Assembly: GCA_040285855.1 (NCBI GenBank)
Contig: JAUFOQ010000004.1
Span: 1,860,001 to 1,924,000 of the forward strand
Reading direction: 5' to 3'
DNA from: Eukaryota sp. GEM-RC1
Lineage: Eukaryota
Length of the DNA stretch: 64,000 nt
Positions 62,430-64,000 of this stretch are shown here, piece after piece (position 1 is the stretch's first letter; each line of letters starts with the position of its first letter). The position numbers were made by a program, and so were the translations under genes. The notes beneath the pieces were generated by a model that did no database searches, had not been told where the DNA came from, and saw only the letters and a list, made by a program, of their open reading frames with translations.

Positions 62430-63848
62430 GACCACTACGATGCGTTTTCGTTGCAATTTATGGTCATGCAATTTGCCAAATGCTGTTCAATGTAACCGTG
62501 GAAAACAGTTAAAGTTTTCTCATTTGTTTAGTTGCGATCGCTACATAACTTATCGAACGTGTATGCATGATACTGTAAGAGCCCAAATACATGATATGTG
62601 TAAGTCTTACAAAATTGAATCATTTGTTGAACCATTTCTAAGATCTGTTGAACTCAAATAGAGCAGGAAAATCATGAAAGTTATTTATTTAGTTCATAAA
62701 GGACATGTTGAAACGATTATCTACATTAGCTGCAATTTGGTATTGCGTTTTGTGGTCCTGAGACAAAAGAGCTGATTCGCGAATAGAAATTGGCCAATGT
62801 TTCAATGTTCGAACATCGTATCAATGTTTCAATGTTCTAAATTGAACCAATCAACGTGTCATACCAATGTATTCAAATAATTGTATTGTCAATTTAATTT
62901 TTACTGGCCCTGATTCAAAACTGAACATCATTAATATGATTGATCTTCACAAAACCATGAATAGTCTTCCTTAGAAATGTAGAAAAGGTGTTCATCTGCC
63001 AATTACTTTAACCTTGTTTGATCATTATTTCCACAAAAAATTGAAACATGAAATGAAACAATTTAATACTGGTACAGTATACCCTCGATATAGAGCCATC
63101 CTCGATATAAGGTCGGCCAATAGGGCGGCACTATATCGAGGGTAGACTGTATATATTAATTTACCTTAAGTGAGTAATATTTACGTATTATATTTCTAGC
63201 AACTTTCTAGAGTGTCTAATCCAGGGCTCCTCATAAATAAATATAAATCCTATTTATTTCTATTTATATTTATTTTGGAGCCTTTTTGGTGATCATGCAA
63301 ATAAAACAAAATAAAACAAAATATAAGTAAACTTATGAAATGTTCAAATCCTACAATTATAGTTGTAAAATTGAACCTATAGTGACAATAACGTGTTTGA
63401 TTCTCGGCGTGGTGACTTAATTGCTCCTTTCCTGGATTCATCTCAAGTTGTGGTTGATTTTACTACAGTTGACCCGTTTGCAAAAGTCTACCAAGACTCC
63501 ATATTGAGTGATTCGAATGGTCATCTGGAAAAGGCTGAACAACGAAAGTGTTCAAATTATGCGGATGCTTTGCAGAAGCATAATGAAAATCTATATTCTA
63601 AGTTTTCATTTGTTCCATTTGCCATTTCAATTTTTGGTAATATTGGTCCAGCTGGTTTAAAGTTTTTCAGTGATTTTAGTCTTTTATGTCGTTCTAATGG
63701 CAAGGTGTTTAATAGTGCTGTATGGATTAATCGAATTATGTTCGCTCTTTATAGAAGCATTCCCAAGTATTTATGTTCCATTTATTCGAAGTTGTATAGG
63801 GACAATTCTCGTGTTGATGTGGAGAATTTAACTTCTTTCGTTTTCTGA
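62430..63848 (+). mobile_element. 3' part of a CRE-like element (zinc knuckle, then REL endonuclease), interrupted by ~720 bp of other DNA
   Basis: HLFSC...HDTVRAQIHDMCKSYKIESFVEP (to ~62660), resuming as RGDLI...DFTTVDP...AEQRK...FVPFAISIFGNIG (63393-63848). Confidence 0.8.
63075..63149. mobile_element. 75-bp Tc1/pogo-type MITE
   Basis: TIR CAGT(A/C)TACCCTCGATATAG with TA on both sides; terminal 12 bp match the 42985 element (one mismatch at the left end). Confidence 0.85.
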
Positions 63849-64000
63849 ATTAGTATGTATTAATTTATTGTTGCAAATAAACTCTTATAAAAGAAATATA
63901 AGTAAATACAAATGAAATGTCGGAAAGTAAACTTCTTTGATCTATATAGTACATGAGTTAATTTAGTGCTCAAGGTTGTTGATTGACTTGAAACATGATG

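Noticed and set aside
1..64000. tRNA, rRNA or snRNA genes
   Set aside because: None recognised by eye. A covariance-model scan would be needed to exclude them.

Overview
AT-rich, gene-dense, intron-poor eukaryotic DNA from a flagellated protist (IFT74 is present). A 32-nt intron with Giardia/Trichomonas-type branchpoint-to-AG spacing suggests a metamonad; this is inference. Housekeeping genes: YIF1, BRWD/PHIP-like WD40-bromodomain, probable CenH3, kinesin with two PH domains, M1 aminopeptidase, BTB protein, PUS1, VPS36 and IFT74. Many genes are broken by single-base indels at homopolymer runs, most likely long-read assembly errors. Mobile DNA is abundant: a full-size Ty3/gypsy element with identical LTRs only 66 bp long and no tRNA primer site, two hAT elements with 8-bp TSDs, a pogo/Tc1-like element inserted beside the catalytic YxDD of a CRE-like retrotransposon, a 75-bp MITE, and several CRE-like fragments. 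The best candidate for an undescribed system is a tandem pair of ~2000-aa genes (RING-like finger + GBP/VLIG-like large GTPase + Cys/His-rich array + vWA) with patchwork identity. The pair lies near a RING-kinase-Sel1 gene and LRR genes, suggesting a possible cell-autonomous immunity locus. All protein identities come from recognising motifs by eye; no searches were run.
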